Origin: an uncultured virus (IMG/VR IMGVR_UViG_3300034012_002207)
Lineage: Duplodnaviria; Heunggongvirae; Uroviricota; Caudoviricetes
Direction: 5' to 3' (one strand)
Length of the DNA: 64,000 nt
IMG/VR virus record: IMGVR_UViG_3300034012_002207
Every line of letters starts with the position of its first letter. Within the stretch, counting starts at the first letter, position 1. The position numbers were made by a program, and so were the translations under genes. This document shows positions 27,888-36,988 of the stretch, one piece after another. The notes beneath the pieces are model-generated. The model searched no databases, had not been told where the DNA came from, and was given only the letters and a program-made list of their open reading frames with translations.

Positions 27888-28196
27888 ATGACTGACAAAG
27901 TAATGAACTATACCCCTGAACAAGTTCAGGAACTGGTCCAGAAGTATCAGCAAGGTGTAAGTGTTGAGCAACTGGCTGAGCAGGTTGGTAAAAGTGTGCG
28001 TAGTGTGGTTGCTAAACTTTCGCGCGAGGGTGTGTACGTAGCGAAGACCCGGACTACACAGGCGGCCCGGGTTACCAAAGCTGAGCTGGTCGAGCGCATT
28101 GCTAAGGTGTGTGATCGGAATAGTGAACAGTTTGAATCGCTGGAAAAAGCAAATCAGGATGTTTTGACCCGCCTGGTCGAAGTGCTCAAAGCCTGA
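27888..28196 (+). CDS. T5 A2-like DNA-binding protein (copy 3)
   Basis: NYTPEQ...GKSVRSVVAKLSREGVY; GGAG RBS. Confidence 0.75.
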   Translation: MTDKVMNYTPEQVQELVQKYQQGVSVEQLAEQVGKSVRSVVAKLSREGVYVAKTRTTQAARVTKAELVERIAKVCDRNSEQFESLEKANQDVLTRLVEVLKA

Positions 28197-28258
28197 TCAA
28201 CCGGGGGCTGCAAAAATTTACTCTTGCAGCCCCCACTCAAACAGTGTATAATATTATT

Positions 28259-28636
28259 ATAGTTTGGGAAGGGCGATAACGCGCACAAACAGAGTCCACT
28301 TAGCCAACTACAAGTGTCGATAACCTAAGTACGAGACTCAAGTTTGATTCCCAAACTATCCCTTCAGAAAGGCAGCAGTTAGTTACTGCTAGCAGATGGT
28401 AATATTGGTCTGTAGTTTTATGATGTCTGGCTCTGATCGGTCCCTAATGTCTCAGTACCTGGAAGCAGTAAATTCTGGGGAACGCACTCACGGAAATCAA
28501 CCAGACCCTAAACCGCGGCAATCTCAACCATCGTTGCTGCTTTTCCCCCTATTCCTCTGATGAGCTCACCAAGAGCGAAACCCAAACCCGAAAACTGGTG
28601 CCCCATGCCCAGCAGACTACGGTTTAGGGTCAGGAA
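28259..28636 (+). ncRNA. putative structured ncRNA ending in hammerhead ribozyme
   Basis: promoter at about 28224-28252, long closing stems, no credible ORF, terminator at 28639-28670. Confidence 0.65.
28552..28636 (+). ncRNA. type I hammerhead ribozyme
   Basis: ttcct-CTGATGA-gctc/gagc-GAAA-ccc.aaacc/ggttt.ggg-TC-aggaa; GUC cleavage after 28631. Confidence 0.88.
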
Positions 28637-28638
28637 CC

Positions 28639-28670
28639 GAGCCCACCAGTGCAAACTGGTGGGCTTTTTT
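28639..28670 (+). terminator. intrinsic terminator
   Basis: agcccaccagt-gcaa-actggtgggct followed by T-run. Confidence 0.9.
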
Positions 28671-28836
28671 ATTTGCGGTAGGGCGCCAATATTATACAGT
28701 GCTAAAGCTATATGTGTCAAGAGCAGATTTGTTGGGGTTCTGACCCTAAGCCGCGGCAAGTCGGTACAAGTTGTGCTCACAAAACAAAAACCCCCAAGGC
28801 TTCCACAGCTTTGGGGGTTTTTTCACTTTATACGGT

Positions 28837-29148
28837 TTAGGGTCGGTTATTCCTACTTAATTCCCGTTCTATGACCTCAAGCACACCTTTATTGACCTTT
28901 TCCAGACTTTCGAGCAGTTCAAGGTTCATGTTGAGCAGTAGGGCGATTCGTTCGATGTATTCTGACTTCTTAACCGGGACCTCACCGCGTTTGTTTAGGT
29001 ACTGTTTTTTCTGGTACACCTCGAGGGAGCTGAGCTTGGCAATTATGCTACGAGTTGGCACCTGGAGCTCTTGGGCAAGCTCCTCTACTGGGACACCTTC
29101 TCGGTATCTTTGCACTAGACGGTCAGTGATTTCTTTAGTATATTTCAT
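28837..29148 (-). CDS. T5 A2-like DNA-binding protein (copy 4, convergent)
   Basis: MKYT.E....LV..Y..G..VEELA..L...RSIIAKLS...VYQKK; LESLEKVNK. Confidence 0.7.
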   Translation of the reverse strand: MKYTKEITDRLVQRYREGVPVEELAQELQVPTRSIIAKLSSLEVYQKKQYLNKRGEVPVKKSEYIERIALLLNMNLELLESLEKVNKGVLEVIERELSRNNRP

Positions 29149-29152
29149 GTTG

Positions 29153-29935
29153 TTAGTCGTCCCATGGCATATCTGCGACTTTAACGTGTTTTGGACCCTC
29201 AGTCGCCACAACCGAAAAAATCTCGTCGGGTAGGAGCGGCGGTGGCATACGATCCCACTGCCAGGGGTCTAGGATTAAGTATTGTGTTCGTAGCTGTGGA
29301 TGGCAAACCCAGATTTGTGTCAACATTGTAATCGCCAGACGAGGAATCTCACGCCATGGAGTGGGTAGTCCAGTAAGCTGCCAAGTTGTAAGCGCACTTT
29401 TATACTGACCTTGTTTTTGTCCAGTTTTGTACAGCAACCCCTGCTGGCGAATTTCGATGAGCTCTTGTGACCCTAAATCGCGGAAGTGTGGGTTATGGCT
29501 AGCCCACAGCAAACATTCGTAAAGTTCTTTACTAATCACACGATCCAAGCCTTCCAGCGGCCAGCTCTGGTATGGAACTCCCCGATCTCGACGTTGTGCT
29601 AGTAGGATAGTAGGAGCTAGACTACTCCAGTTGACAGAGCTGGGATGGCTTTGACGTTTGATCAGGTGGCTGCGATTTACTCGATTAACTAGCCTCCACA
29701 AGCCCAGCTCCCAATCGCTGCAAATGTTGATACGGAGTGTTTTAGGAATGTCTACCCTACCTTGAGGGTCTAGGATAAGATTCCAGCGATTGTAGTGTGC
29801 TAGAATCTGAGGCCACAACCACTCCTCTTTGGTCTGGAGTTGTTGTTCGGCCACCCAAACCTCCAGCAGTTTAGGGTCGACCTGGTTGGCAATTTCATGG
29901 AGTGGAATTGCTTCCAGTTTATTTAGTTTTTGCAT
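29153..29935 (-). CDS. hypothetical protein (Trp-rich)
   Basis: 260-aa ORF, operonic with the A2-like gene. Confidence 0.75.
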   Translation of the reverse strand: MQKLNKLEAIPLHEIANQVDPKLLEVWVAEQQLQTKEEWLWPQILAHYNRWNLILDPQGRVDIPKTLRINICSDWELGLWRLVNRVNRSHLIKRQSHPSSVNWSSLAPTILLAQRRDRGVPYQSWPLEGLDRVISKELYECLLWASHNPHFRDLGSQELIEIRQQGLLYKTGQKQGQYKSALTTWQLTGLPTPWREIPRLAITMLTQIWVCHPQLRTQYLILDPWQWDRMPPPLLPDEIFSVVATEGPKHVKVADMPWDD

Positions 29936-30412
29936 CGAGTTTTAGCGTAAAAATTGGGGTATAAAAATTTATTATAATTTGTATAAAAGAAAACAATTCT
30001 CCAACTTATAAAGTTGGTAGTGATTAACACCTCTAGTTCTTACAACAACTGCACTAGGCTTGCTGGTACTCAGGGGCCCTCGCGAAACGTCGCCTGGTCC
30101 TGCACAGCTTGGTGCAGTTGTTTTAAACTAGGGTTTAATCACCAATTGTTTAATCTCTTTAGATATAACAATATTATATCATACTTTTTTGTGTTTTGCA
30201 AGCGTATTTTTAGTTGAGGTGGTAGTTATCAGTCGTGTTCCACCCTGACATAGCAATCTGTGTATAGTGGAGTGCTGGTAAATACGTAGACTTCTTTGCC
30301 GGGGAATAGCTGGTTAAAATAAAGCCTAACCTGTTCGGTGTTGACAGGTTCGTGGTCCAGGTTCTTGACCCACCACGTATTGTGGTTAAGGACTTCGATA
30401 AGTTGTGGGTGG

Positions 30413-30595
30413 TTATTCATTGGGTTGGTCCTCGAAGTTAAACCATGCATCCAATTCTGCCCAGACGGCTTGGTAGATCTGGGTGTGGATCTCGTCTTGG
30501 CTGGGGTTGCTTGTATGCTTATGTGCACGTTGCCAGCCCAGCTGAATGCCGGTTTCAATGCACTGGTCTAGTACGGGGACAATTTTAGGAGTCAT
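30413..30595 (-). CDS. hypothetical protein
   Basis: part of overlapping minus-strand ORF chain. Confidence 0.6.
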   Translation of the reverse strand: MTPKIVPVLDQCIETGIQLGWQRAHKHTSNPSQDEIHTQIYQAVWAELDAWFNFEDQPNE

Positions 30596-30789
30596 GGTGC
30601 GCTCACATTAAAGTTAGGGGGATATACAATCTGGTACAGTTGGTCATAGGCTTTACCAATCTGGCCGGACTCTAGTAGTTGGAGAACTTGCTCCAGCTCG
30701 TGTAGTTGAATGGTGTAAATAGTTTCGGTGATTTGGGTTCGCCATAGGTTATTATCGAAATCAGGTTTTTTATAGTTATCATCCCACAT
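30592..30789 (-). CDS. hypothetical protein
   Basis: ATGA overlap, GAGG RBS. Confidence 0.6.
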   Translation of the reverse strand: MWDDNYKKPDFDNNLWRTQITETIYTIQLHELEQVLQLLESGQIGKAYDQLYQIVYPPNFNVSAP

Positions 30790-31093
30790 AGTGATACCTC
30801 TCTAGGATAGTACGGATACAATCGCTGATAGCATTTAGTTCTACAGTAGCTTGTGGTTCTTCTAGGTGTTGCATAGGTAGCATGGCCAGTTGGGTAGCAC
30901 AGTCACGAGCTGTGAGTTGTACTAGGTGTTTAACACACTCCTGCTGGTAGGGGTCCAGCTCATCCCAGCCACCTTGGGCGATGAGGCCACTACTATATAA
31001 CAGATCTTCAAATGGATGGTGTGGAAAGTCGATAGGATTTGTGGTGTTTGTCTGGTGCATCATTTGCCTCGTCGTCTGGAAGTTGTTCGCCAT
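30779..31093 (-). CDS. hypothetical protein
   Basis: ORF chain; start uncertain. Confidence 0.55.
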   Translation of the reverse strand: MANNFQTTRQMMHQTNTTNPIDFPHHPFEDLLYSSGLIAQGGWDELDPYQQECVKHLVQLTARDCATQLAMLPMQHLEEPQATVELNAISDCIRTILERYHYVG

Positions 31094-31218
31094 AGGGGTC
31101 TATAATATCAAATCGCCTACCACACCTTTGACACCACCACCAAGACCAGCCTAAGCCGTTGTAGTGAAAAAGCTTTTGGCCAGTGTGGTTGTTGGGCGAA
31201 CAAGGGTTAATTATGGTT

Positions 31219-31440
31219 TTAGTCACCAAAGTATGCCTCAAATTGGTGTTTGTGGATTAGACATTTAAACCACACAGTATGTTCGTAGACGTTGGTCCAC
31301 TCACGAATGTGCCACTGGTGTTGTGGAACATTGGCCCGTAGCCAATGTTTTACTTGCCACAGTAAATCGCTGTGAAATGGAGCTTGATACGCTTGGGGAA
31401 TCCACCTCTGCTTATAACTCCACTGTTCTTGCGGCGTCAT
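31219..31440 (-). CDS. hypothetical protein
   Basis: AAGGA RBS before ATG, downstream of a minus-strand promoter. Confidence 0.6.
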   Translation of the reverse strand: MTPQEQWSYKQRWIPQAYQAPFHSDLLWQVKHWLRANVPQHQWHIREWTNVYEHTVWFKCLIHKHQFEAYFGD

Positions 31441-31533
31441 GGTTTGTCCTTTTCTCAAATTATATAATATTATAGCACAAACAAAAAGGGCATTCAACAC
31501 AAAAATAATTGTGGTGAATGCCCCGGTGGTGTT

Positions 31534-31869
31534 TTACAGCTGAATCCAGCTAATGTCGTCTTTGTAGACTACACACTCTAGGCCATCATACTCTTGTACA
31601 AAGAACTTACGACGCCGGTCGGTCCAGCAGACTTCGAGTTGTTGCATGTCGGCTACTGTAGTTGTATCTAGGAATACGGTGCCTTCATTTTCAGCAATAT
31701 CCTTGGCTAGTTGTAGCGCAAGTTCCCAGTCCTCTTCATCAACAGCTCTACACAACTCGGCATCCACACATAGTCGCCAGATCCAGTGGTAGGTAAACCA
31801 ACCACTACCGTACCGGTGTGTGACTAGTACCCCAACCTGCCCATGTTCGTTTATGTAGTAATTACCCAC
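31534..31869 (-). CDS. hypothetical protein
   Basis: GVLV...YGSGW.T; EYDGLE. Confidence 0.65.
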   Translation of the reverse strand: MGNYYINEHGQVGVLVTHRYGSGWFTYHWIWRLCVDAELCRAVDEEDWELALQLAKDIAENEGTVFLDTTTVADMQQLEVCWTDRRRKFFVQEYDGLECVVYKDDISWIQL

Positions 31870-32101
31870 GATATGCCCACTCCTTTACCCTCAACCGGGC
31901 TAGCTCAATAGCCTCGGCACATTGTGGAAGCGGTCCACCATAGCTGTTGGCAAGAATTTGGTCAACCTGTTCTACTAGTTGTGTAACAAACCATTCTACT
32001 GGACTGGTATTAATTGGGGCCGCTAGTTGAGATTTAACCCACAGGTCCCAAACCCCTTCACTTATATGCTGAACTTGATTGTTCACTGCAGTGCCATCCA
32101 T
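31862..32101 (-). CDS. hypothetical protein
   Basis: ORF chain. Confidence 0.5.
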   Translation of the reverse strand: MDGTAVNNQVQHISEGVWDLWVKSQLAAPINTSPVEWFVTQLVEQVDQILANSYGGPLPQCAEAIELARLRVKEWAYRG

Positions 32102-32252
32102 GTTGAGTTTTGATTACTACACCGCCGCGGGTAAAGCAGTCTTGGTGTGGGTCTAGGTGGTATTTGATGGTGTTTGCTACATAGGCTAGTGTGACCAGCA
32201 CAAACATACCTACTACTGTCCAGTGTACCAGGGTTTTATTTTCTTCGTTCAT
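32058..32252 (-). CDS. small membrane protein
   Basis: one TM helix, C...GG...C. Confidence 0.55.
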   Translation of the reverse strand: MNEENKTLVHWTVVGMFVLVTLAYVANTIKYHLDPHQDCFTRGGVVIKTQHGWHCSEQSSSAYK

Positions 32253-32467
32253 ACCGTTTCCATGTTGTGATACTTGCCAAGACCCTTGAGCAGTTCGGGA
32301 TTAATAATAGGCTGATAAGCACCTTTAGCGAGCGGAACTACGCAGTGTGTTTGTTGGCGTGCTCGTTTTTCACCACACACCATGCACAGTTTACTAATGT
32401 GGAGATACCGCTCACGGGGCACATCATCTTGACACTGTGGATTAACGCAGAAAAACATTGTAGTCAT
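32249..32467 (-). CDS. small Zn-finger protein
   Basis: C...C, CxxC motifs; start approximate. Confidence 0.55.
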   Translation of the reverse strand: MTTMFFCVNPQCQDDVPRERYLHISKLCMVCGEKRARQQTHCVVPLAKGAYQPIINPELLKGLGKYHNMETV

Positions 32468-32519
32468 TGCCTTTTTTAATTTTGCAAAGAATATATTATA
32501 CACAGTTAGTCGCACACAA

Positions 32520-32726
32520 TCAAGTGCGAATTCCTAAGGTTTGTTCTACTAGGAGTTTGCCTTCATCCGGGTTTAGGAATCGGCCTAGGCTACGACCCTC
32601 AGCCATAGCAATCCAGTCCCTACTATGCACACCAGGTCGCATTACCTGTGCTTGAATACGGTTCATGGTATCTACCAGAATCCAAGTGTTGCCAAGTAGG
32701 ATCTTCCAAGTAAGTTTTTCAGTCAT
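32520..32726 (-). CDS. hypothetical protein
   Basis: ORF chain. Confidence 0.5.
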   Translation of the reverse strand: MTEKLTWKILLGNTWILVDTMNRIQAQVMRPGVHSRDWIAMAEGRSLGRFLNPDEGKLLVEQTLGIRT

Positions 32727-33090
32727 TGCGATTCATTGCCTTTTTAAGCATATAAACAAGGTTATTAATAGTTTGCTTGTAGTTGTTGATACTAGCACGT
32801 TGTCCTGGCAGCCAGTCGGGTCTAAGGGTAAGTGCTAGCTCGTCGTCTTGGGTAACAATAATAGGTTTTTGAGAGCCGTCACTCCAGCGCAGCCTGTAGC
32901 ACTCTAGGACCACAGTTTTTGGCTGGTGGGGGGTGCTGGAGTCTGCATCTGTCATCCACTGGGTAGTGGCCGGCTCTTGTACCGCTACCCGTACTCGGCC
33001 CTGTTTTTCCATTTGTTCGATTAACCAAGTGGGCAGGTCAAGGATTGTGATAGGCTCAAAGTCTCGGGTATATAGTACTATGTTCACCAC
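32719..33090 (-). CDS. hypothetical protein
   Basis: AGGAG RBS, GTG start. Confidence 0.65.
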   Translation of the reverse strand: MVNIVLYTRDFEPITILDLPTWLIEQMEKQGRVRVAVQEPATTQWMTDADSSTPHQPKTVVLECYRLRWSDGSQKPIIVTQDDELALTLRPDWLPGQRASINNYKQTINNLVYMLKKAMNRND

Positions 33091-33863
33091 AGTCTCCTGT
33101 AAATATCAACTACACGATGAAGCTGCTGCTTATCTTCGGCTAGATAGGCCATCTCTAGCCTGTTAAGCTCGTCTAGCATTTGTTCAACTTGAGCCTTGGT
33201 ATCAGGATCAAACTCACGACTAGTAAAGCCTAGCCCCTTTTGACTTGCCGACCATTTGTTCCAGCCGGTGACCTCGTAGGGATCAGGCCGGTTGGGTCGC
33301 GCCTGAGTCCACCAAAGGTAGAGTTCTTTAAGCTCTTGTGCAGCGTGAGCTTGATCTGGACTCTCCGAACCCAGTTGGATCTCCCAGTCTAGGTAGTCAA
33401 GACCTGCTTTGGGACACCGCCAGCCACGAGGGTATGGCCACTTGAACAACCACCACGGTGCCTGATACCGTTTACCGGCCTCCCGATCCCAGCGAACTTG
33501 ATCCAGTGCTTTATCAATCTCTACAAAGTCGACCAGCTCACTCATTACACAGGGTAGGAGACGATCACAGAAGTCCCAGCCTGTTCCGGGCCGGATGTGT
33601 TCCTTGTGTGATCTGAGCACGTGTGTTGGTCTCTGCCAGCGAGTGTACACCCAGTATACTAGGCTATCAATCCGATCCGGAACCCAGTGGATGGTGGCTT
33701 GTACCTTATCTAGAAGTGTTTCGGCAATCCAGTAGCGTAGGGGATGTTTTTGCTTAGCTTCTACCTTCCAGCCTTCCCACTCGTCCCAGCCCAAGGCTGT
33801 GGGCTTAAGTGTACCACGAATCCTGTCCGCTAGTGGTGTACACGACCAATAGTGGGTTCTCAT
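33084..33863 (-). CDS. hypothetical protein (Trp-rich)
   Basis: 259-aa ORF, GGAG RBS. Confidence 0.75.
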   Translation of the reverse strand: MRTHYWSCTPLADRIRGTLKPTALGWDEWEGWKVEAKQKHPLRYWIAETLLDKVQATIHWVPDRIDSLVYWVYTRWQRPTHVLRSHKEHIRPGTGWDFCDRLLPCVMSELVDFVEIDKALDQVRWDREAGKRYQAPWWLFKWPYPRGWRCPKAGLDYLDWEIQLGSESPDQAHAAQELKELYLWWTQARPNRPDPYEVTGWNKWSASQKGLGFTSREFDPDTKAQVEQMLDELNRLEMAYLAEDKQQLHRVVDIYRRLW

Positions 33864-34056
33864 TATGCCTTACTCCAGGTATGTGCAATTTTAACAAAAA
33901 CACCAGCAATGCTAAGCAACCAAGCACCCGTAAACTTTTGAGAATCCCATTCCACAATAAATGTAGTGTCCAGCATAATTAGTGCCCACAAATCAACCAC
34001 GCCTACTAGTAGTGGTAGAAAAAGTAATAGGGCTAATAAATTAAATCCAATATTTT

Positions 34057-34956
34057 TTACCACTTTGCTTCTCCTGGAATAAGTTTGCGGTATTGAACCC
34101 AACCGCAGAAGTTGCCCGACCATAGCTGACCATATCGATCCTGATGCGATACACCAATACGCTCTAGGGTATCCCACTGCGTAATAGGAGTAGCCTGATG
34201 TTCAACTGGACTAGCGTGTGCGGGTTTAGATTCTACTAATTGATCATAGATACGAATAGCTTTGTCTAGTGAGGTATCCTGCTTGCGATAGCTTACCTGT
34301 GCACAACAACTAGCACTAATCTTGATAGCGTCGGCCAGCTTGATTTCTAGGCCTGTTTGTTCATCAATAAACATCTGCGTATGATTAGCAGCACGAGTTG
34401 TACGAACATAGGGTAGGTGCCATTCGTCCGGTTGTAGTGCTTGAGGTTGTGATGCGCGGTACAGTTCATGCATTTGATGGGCAAGTTCCTTAAACTCAGG
34501 CTGTGCCATCTCATGGTCTCGTAGCCAGAAGAAGTTTTCCCACTCCGTCGCAGTTACTACAGTTTTAACAATTTGAAATGGCTCTGTGAGCCGGTTAGTA
34601 ATCTGCTTGTGTACATCAAAATCTGCTAGTAACCTGCTGTAGCGAATAGCACTATCTCGAGCTTCCATCCAAGTTAGCCTAGCATAGTTTTGCATATCTG
34701 GCAGTATTTCTTCATCTGCTTGCATGCCTGCTTTATTTTGACCCCAAACCACAGGAACCGCAGTGTTATCACGAATGTGTTCGTGCATTTTTTGTACAGG
34801 AATTGCACGCGAACTAGCTGTATTGCGCGATAGCATACGGTGAGTATTAAACTCAGCTAGGATAAAGCGTGGGTACTCAATTTCAAATGTAGTAATTCTG
34901 GACTTAGTGGGAGTATATACACTGTCCCTGATAATAGTAGCTTTTATATTGCTCAT
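34057..34956 (-). CDS. thyX: flavin-dependent thymidylate synthase (ThyX/Thy1-like)
   Basis: YPRFILAEFNTHRMLSRNTASSRAIP, HKQ..NR..EPF, NFF.LR....AQPE. Confidence 0.85.
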   Translation of the reverse strand: MSNIKATIIRDSVYTPTKSRITTFEIEYPRFILAEFNTHRMLSRNTASSRAIPVQKMHEHIRDNTAVPVVWGQNKAGMQADEEILPDMQNYARLTWMEARDSAIRYSRLLADFDVHKQITNRLTEPFQIVKTVVTATEWENFFWLRDHEMAQPEFKELAHQMHELYRASQPQALQPDEWHLPYVRTTRAANHTQMFIDEQTGLEIKLADAIKISASCCAQVSYRKQDTSLDKAIRIYDQLVESKPAHASPVEHQATPITQWDTLERIGVSHQDRYGQLWSGNFCGWVQYRKLIPGEAKW

Positions 34957-34957
34957 T

Positions 34958-35383
34958 TTAGTGGTAAAATGTGTGCCGACCTATAGTAGCCAGCTTGCGG
35001 TGTTGCCAACGTGGACGAACTGTGTGATTGTGAAAGTATAGTGCAGGAAAGTGTTTTGCATACTCATGTGCAAACTCTTGTGCAATAAGTGCTACTAGGA
35101 TGCTATCATTCCAAGCCGGTATATCAGTTATCCTAAGATGTTTGTTTCTAGTCCAGTGAAACTGTCCGGGTTGATAAACTACTTTACAAATAGTTTTAGG
35201 AAACTGCCAGTGATTAGTACGATTTATGGTAGTTATAGCCACTGCCATCTTACCCTGCCAAGATTCACCACGAGCTTCGTGGTAAACATTACGGGCCAAG
35301 CACTGTGTTTCTGGATCCGTGGGCTTTGCCCCAGCAGCAGAAATTAGCACTGCGCCACACAACACAACAAAAAACTTTTTCAT
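34958..35383 (-). CDS. SleB-like cell wall hydrolase (Hydrolase_2)
   Basis: CLARNVYHEARGE, VVYQPGQF.W, IGRHTFY; N-terminal signal peptide. Confidence 0.9.
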   Translation of the reverse strand: MKKFFVVLCGAVLISAAGAKPTDPETQCLARNVYHEARGESWQGKMAVAITTINRTNHWQFPKTICKVVYQPGQFHWTRNKHLRITDIPAWNDSILVALIAQEFAHEYAKHFPALYFHNHTVRPRWQHRKLATIGRHTFYH

Positions 35384-35762
35384 TTGAGCCTCCTTGGTGG
35401 ATTGCTCAAATCACACACTAGTTTAGTCTACAATTTGCCATACTTGCCAGTTCTTTCGTTGGATTCGGTTAAGATCAATTTGATTTTTGTAACAATGAAG
35501 CCATGCGTCTAGATAGAATAGGAATTCGTTAGCTAGAAGCGGCACTTTATCCATTTTTACGATTTGCATTTTTGGTGTGATTTGGTAAAGGTTATTAATG
35601 GGTTCTAGCCTAAAAAGTAATGACTAGATTATATATTATACTCTATCAACAAAAATAAATCAAGTCCGAAATATAACCAGGTCTTTGATGGGCAATAAAA
35701 ATTTTGTGTTGCACAAGGTTCTGCTAGAGTGCTATAATTATAAAAATTGTGGAGGATTTACT

Positions 35763-35945
35763 ATGCAAACAGATTACACTAAAAACCTAGAACAGGTTAT
35801 TAGACAAGAATTGCTTCCTACGTATTTAAAGTATAATAGAGAACACACCATAGAAACTAGTCCTAAAGTAAATGAACTTATAGAAACACTTGCGGTTCGT
35901 CGTGAACAGCAGGTTCCCGCACTATTTAAACCACCAAAAAAGTAG
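35763..35945 (+). CDS. hypothetical protein
   Basis: GGAGG RBS after promoter. Confidence 0.6.
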   Translation: MQTDYTKNLEQVIRQELLPTYLKYNREHTIETSPKVNELIETLAVRREQQVPALFKPPKK

Positions 35946-36183
35946 CGTTGACATAATCTTCCACAAATGCTATAATATTACTTTGCGTGGTGTTCAAGGA
36001 TTTGACCACGAACTGCTAGTTGCAAGAAACAACTCAAATGCCTTAATCCACTATATAATCTGGGCCGTACACGGCTTGGAGGTACAAGTTGGATGCTACA
36101 CTATAAGTCCTGTGTACAGGTAAGTGTGTTCCCGCGGCCAAGTTCTCCTACGAGACTTGGCCGCCTTTGTCTATACTACAACC

Positions 36184-36639
36184 ATGACAACTATAAATTT
36201 TACACAAACACCACTATACTCGCAAGAAGAAGTAGACAAAATGAAGCAGGCTATAGAAACAAATCAGTTTTTTGGGCCTGGCTGGAGTAAGCCTGCTTGG
36301 CAAGAGGCTACACCAAAACCGCAAGGTACTGCACTAAAGTACGATAGTTATAAGGCTCCTATGAGCCTACTCAGCAGTGAAGCACTACATCAAACTGCTA
36401 TGGTACTAGCCTTTGGCAAAGAGAAGTACGCTGCACATAATTGGCGTGGCGGATTTGAGTGGTCTCGTCCACTTAGTGCAGCACTACGTCACATCCTAGC
36501 TTTTCAAGACGGCGAAGATCGTGACCCTGAATCGGGACTAAGCCACCTAGCTCATGCTATGTGTTGCATTATGTTCCTCCTAGAATTTGAAAAAACACAC
36601 CGTGAACTCGATGACCGCTGGAAGCCTGAAACTAAGTGA
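36184..36639 (+). CDS. dATP/dGTP diphosphohydrolase domain protein (DUF5664-like)
   Basis: KYD..K, VLAFG..KYAAHNWR, RH, DPESGLSHLAHA. Confidence 0.85.
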   Translation: MTTINFTQTPLYSQEEVDKMKQAIETNQFFGPGWSKPAWQEATPKPQGTALKYDSYKAPMSLLSSEALHQTAMVLAFGKEKYAAHNWRGGFEWSRPLSAALRHILAFQDGEDRDPESGLSHLAHAMCCIMFLLEFEKTHRELDDRWKPETK

Positions 36640-36838
36640 GCTGGTTAAACGCCTAGAGCGTACCCGTGTGCCGCTTAAAAAAGTATGCAATGAACTTGAC
36701 CTAGACTACGAAAGTATACTAGAAATGGACATTGGCATAGAGCAGTGTACACACTGTAACATCTGGTCTAAGCGACTAATCCTAGACCTAGATCAAAATC
36801 CCATTTGTAGTGTATGCAGGGATATAGCTGGTATGTAA
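36611..36838 (+). CDS. small Zn-finger protein
   Basis: CTHC...CSVC. Confidence 0.55.
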   Translation: MTAGSLKLSELVKRLERTRVPLKKVCNELDLDYESILEMDIGIEQCTHCNIWSKRLILDLDQNPICSVCRDIAGM

Positions 36839-36842
36839 AACA

Positions 36843-36917
36843 CTGGCCGTCGTTCAACGGATAGGACAGCATTCTTCTAAAGTGCGAATGGGGGTTCGAT
36901 TCCCTCCGGCCGGGCCA
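36843..36917 (+). tRNA. tRNA-Arg(TCT)
   Basis: cloverleaf, GGTTCGATTCC, CCA end. Confidence 0.9.
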
Positions 36918-36988
36918 AAGATTTCTATCTTGACCCTAAATCTCAAAAATTATATAATATTTTATAAATAATTCACACAGAGAACATC

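Noticed and set aside
30060..30110. Second hammerhead (GAAAC..GTC present)
   Set aside because: No CUGANGA core in the right arrangement on either strand.
36184..36639. 2-aminoadenine (Z) genome pathway
   Set aside because: The diphosphohydrolase domain alone is common; no PurZ-like gene in the window.
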